In this document: positions 60,440 through 64,000 of the stretch, piece by piece
How positions within the stretch are numbered: the stretch's first letter is position 1
How the letters are laid out: every line of letters starts with the position of its first letter
Origin: Blepharisma stoltei ATCC 30299
Lineage: Eukaryota > Protista > Ciliophora
DNA length: 64,000 nucleotides
NCBI GenBank assembly: GCA_965603825.1
Contig: CBFDEM010000022.1
Coordinates: forward strand, 1 to 64,000
Direction of reading: 5' to 3'
Position numbers and translations under genes: made by a program
Notes under the pieces: model-generated
The model's database searches: none
What the model was told of the DNA's origin: nothing
The model's input: only the letters and a program-made list of their open reading frames with translations

Positions 60440-61126
60440 ATGATGGAAAGTTTTCCTCTAGTAGTTGATAGCTCAGAGTATTTAATTCAAGGGATTAAAG
60501 AAACTATTCATAGGTCGCGGCCGAAGTCTAGGCAATCTCAGCTGCAGAAATACTTGAAATTAAAAACTAGGTCATTGTATCTTCATCAGTCACAAGAAGT
60601 CAAGCCCACTTTTTCAGCGACAAAGCCTAAAACTTCAAAAAGAATTAAAGGGATTTCTAAAAGAGAAAATTTGCATTCGTATACCCCGTTTTTATTAGAC
60701 CATGATTTCACTATATCTCCATCGTCACAGATGCTTACTCGTAAACTTACTTCATCATTATCTCCAAAGCGATACTTCACACACAGGAAAAGACGCTTAG
60801 AATTAAAAGATATTCCATCAACTCCTGCATCATTTATAACAGAAAGTTTAGTTGATGACTCTAGGAGGATTGCTGATGTTTTATTGACTGGAAAAACTTT
60901 TGCAAAAAGTTCTAGAGGAAGTTTTATATTAACTCCTGTAGGAAACATTGAAAATACTTTAAAAAAAGAAATTTCCAACCCAAGACTTATAAGGCTTAAT
61001 GAATCTTTGAAAAAAAAGAAAAATTTCCAAATTAAGCCTTTTTATCCTGAAGTTCGAAAAATTCAGGAACCAAAATTGCCAGTCAGAAAATTATCAGCTT
61101 GCATAGTTATTACATCAAACTCCTAA
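60440..61126 (+). CDS. Hypothetical basic S/K/R-rich protein (228 aa)
   Basis: Long ATG to TAA ORF divergent from separase. Confidence 0.7.
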   Translation: MMESFPLVVDSSEYLIQGIKETIHRSRPKSRQSQLQKYLKLKTRSLYLHQSQEVKPTFSATKPKTSKRIKGISKRENLHSYTPFLLDHDFTISPSSQMLTRKLTSSLSPKRYFTHRKRRLELKDIPSTPASFITESLVDDSRRIADVLLTGKTFAKSSRGSFILTPVGNIENTLKKEISNPRLIRLNESLKKKKNFQIKPFYPEVRKIQEPKLPVRKLSACIVITSNS

Positions 61127-61622
61127 AAGGAGACAAATAATAAATTATGTATTTTTTAGATCCAATAGTTAAGACATTAATATCTTAATTTATAAGCAGC
61201 TTTAATTAAAGGTTGCTGGCATGGGAATGCAATTTCTAGAACTTTGGCGAATTTTATTAGAATATTTACAATCCATTTTATGAATTATTCAAACAAAAAC
61301 TGCTATTAGTGTAGAAAAGAAACTATTGTACATACAGAACCATTTTGAATATCTAAATGAAGAAAATAATAGTTTTTATTGATCATAAAATTCTCCGGTT
61401 GTAGTTATGATAAGCGTAATAATGTGGCTTACAATTTATATTGTTAATTATAATTAATTCATTATAAAAGTAAGCTTATTTAGCATACCTCACATACATA
61501 TTTTATACCTATAACAATTTATTTAATTTTGATCTTATTGTTAAATGCATGATTCTATACAATATTTCTTTATTTATCTTAGGAATTTAATCAGAACAAA
61601 AATTATTTCACCTATAGTAAAA

Positions 61623-64000
61623 TTAATTATCCTGGAATTTTGGCTTTTTGCTTGGTTGAGTTATAAGAGCACCAAGTTTGCGTTTTATCACTAAGCCTTC
61701 TTCTCCTTCAATATAACTATAATTATCGCCACCAATATTTTTGATCAGATCGCCAATTCTTTCTGCACCGAGAGATCTTCTTTCTTCAATTTTTTCATTT
61801 TGAGACCCACTTTCTCCACACAATTTGGCTGATGCAGCCAATATTCCCCCGCTGACTGAACTAAATTTTGTATTTATAATGGAAGCAAGATTGAAGTCGA
61901 AAGAGTGCTCTTTGATCACCATATTTCATTTATCACCAAATTGAGCTTTGTAGAAAACTATACCACGGACTATCATCTTGTCAACATAATTATAATGCGG
62001 ATCACTATTACGCAAATCTAATGCAATTTTCATATATTGCTTTGCGTAGATCTGCCAAAGGGCATCCTCCGCTTTTTCTCTAACATCAATATCATCAGCA
62101 GTATCAAGTTTCTTGTACTCATGAATGATAAAACAAGCTTTTTTATATTTAGTAGGGATGAAAATCCCATCAGCCTTCTTTCTAAATCTATTTGGTGCTT
62201 CGGAATGTAATGTATAATTTGAATCTTCTGTCATAATTGAGGCCAGCATCGCCATTCCTCCTAGTAAGATTTGAAAGTCTGCCTCTGTTTTACTAGTGTT
62301 ATCTGTCATCTGATCAAGGACCATTGATTGCATTAGATTCTTGAATTCGGTTTTATCATCTAAGGTGATGTTAAATTTCTCAACTATCTTACCAATATCA
62401 ACTTTTCCTAAGCCTATTTTTCTGTTAATTCACTTTAAAAGCAGTGAGTTGTAAAAACTCTTTTTTATTTCTCTATTAGGGACTACATATATTCAAGCGC
62501 TCACAATGTTTTCCTTTTCCTTTTTAGTTATGTTATATGGTGTTAAATAGCCAAAATGTAGCAATAGCGAGAAAAATTTTTTTGTGCTGTTGAAATCTAA
62601 TGGCAAATCTATATAGGAATCAATTTCTTCTCTTAATTCAAGATAGCCATTTTTCATTATTTCAAACAATTGATCATAAGATTCTAGGGAATTAAATGCT
62701 GAGACCAGTGGATTAAGGTTATTAGTAAAGATTCAATAAGGCTTGAGAGGATTTCTATCTTGAGATTTTGCTTTTTCTATGCAATTTATTATTGAATGGG
62801 GATTGTAAATTCTTTGTCCACTGATATTGTATCCGTTGCATCACAACTTAATTAATTCTTTTTGCTCTAATATTTCCTCATCTGTGTTACTCTCCAAGTT
62901 TCGTTCGATTAGAGTATTTATCTCTGATTCTGTGAAGCCAAAAAATTGGGAGTATTCTATATTATTAACAGTATATGTATTAAAGCTGTTTATTCATGAA
63001 AACTGTGTCCCTCTAATAGGTAAAATGCCTACCAAAATCACTTTAAAAACAAAATCAGGTGTTTGTGCGCATATTCGGGCCAGGATATCTTCTATTATTA
63101 TTAGTAATCCATTTTGGTATGGAGTATTTATGAAACGACTAAAAGGGCTATCATAATCATCCACAATAATTATTGCATTCTTCTTGTAAAATTTATGTGT
63201 CAATAATATTTTCAAGAACTTTTATGCTTTTATTTTTATAATTTATTACTACATCTGGATTTTCTGAAAGATAATTTTTGATAACTTGGTCCAAGGATTC
63301 CCGATACTGTTGGTGATATTCCAAGTATGCGTCTTTGATTATATCTAAAACTGCACTCTGGTAATATTCCTCTACAGACTCATTTTCAAATATTTTTCTT
63401 ATATTGGAAAATCTTAATAAAATTGTTGGAATTTTCCCAGCATAGTTTTTGTAATAATAACCATTTTTTTCAGTTATTATTTTTAAACATTTTGTTTTGT
63501 CCAGGTTATCAACATAAATGTTATCTTTTCCACCAGTGAACAAGTACAAATTTTTAAAATTCCCAGAAGCATCCTTTCTTGGATGGAAAAAAGTTTTTAG
63601 CATGTTTATATTTAGAGTTTTCCCCCATTTTTGCGGACGGAAGATTAATATATTGGTATGACCATTATCTAAAATTTCTTTGATGAGTAATGATTTATCA
63701 ATATAGCCATCTTTATTCCTAACTGCCTTTTTAAAGCTACCGGAATCAGTAAACCATTTCCCACCAGATCTAGCCCTCATGATTGCTTGATTTGTTTGAG
63801 GTGTTAAACTTTTAATTTGCGGTAGGCGATGTGGTGTAGTAAATGTATCATCAATTTTAAATTTAAGATATCATGAAGAGCCTTTATTTTTTATTGTTCT
63901 AATCAAATTTATCGCCTCTCCTCATAAATCTGATTGCTTATACTCTCAAAGAGTGCAAAGTTGGTGGATTATTAAATTTTTTTGGATGAATTCCATTTCT
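61623..64000 (-). pseudogene. AAA-ATPase-like + PD-(D/E)XK nuclease gene (bacterial-type), two +1 frameshifts, 5' end beyond the window
   Basis: YIDKSLLI..RPQKWGKTLNINML (Walker A), IIVDDYDSP (Walker B), YSQFFGFTESEI, IYNP.S, LLHFGYLT, VPNREI, ADGIF..IIHEYK..ALWQI..KQY. Frame changes near 63205 and 62960. Confidence 0.8.

Noticed and set aside
63228-63253. Possible intron explaining the first AAA-ATPase frameshift (GTAATAAATT...AAAAG)
   Set aside because: Candidates are 23 or 26 nt, the wrong size for this lineage and the wrong phase to restore the frame.

Overview
Left end of an AT-rich eukaryotic chromosome, most likely the macronucleus of a heterotrich ciliate of the Blepharisma type. Three observations support this: (CCCTAACA)n telomere repeats, TGA read as Trp with only TAA/TAG as stops, and 15-nt GT-AG introns. 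The supplied ORF track splits genes at TGA; joining same-frame pieces gives about 30 CDSs. Positions 1-407 are an unexplained (TATAAAGT)n array distal to the ~1.2 kb telomere. The first ~30 kb is a loose subtelomeric zone with segmental duplications, pseudogenes and hairpins. It encodes Kelch-like genes, an FMO, orphan basic proteins, a ubiquitin cluster (di-UBL, polyubiquitin, atypical ARF, RBR E3, Ub/ARF pseudogenes), two tandem Venus-flytrap multi-TM receptors, an SDR, small secreted proteins and a truncated-globin fusion. From ~30 to 61 kb is a very compact housekeeping block: HAUS2-like, TTLL, LRR, insulysin, BTB, MPST, AMT, p23, a VSD-like protein, OSBP-related, PLD, TPR and separase. 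The window ends in a frameshifted bacterial-type AAA-ATPase/PD-(D/E)XK gene. All calls come from reading motifs by eye; no database searches were run.
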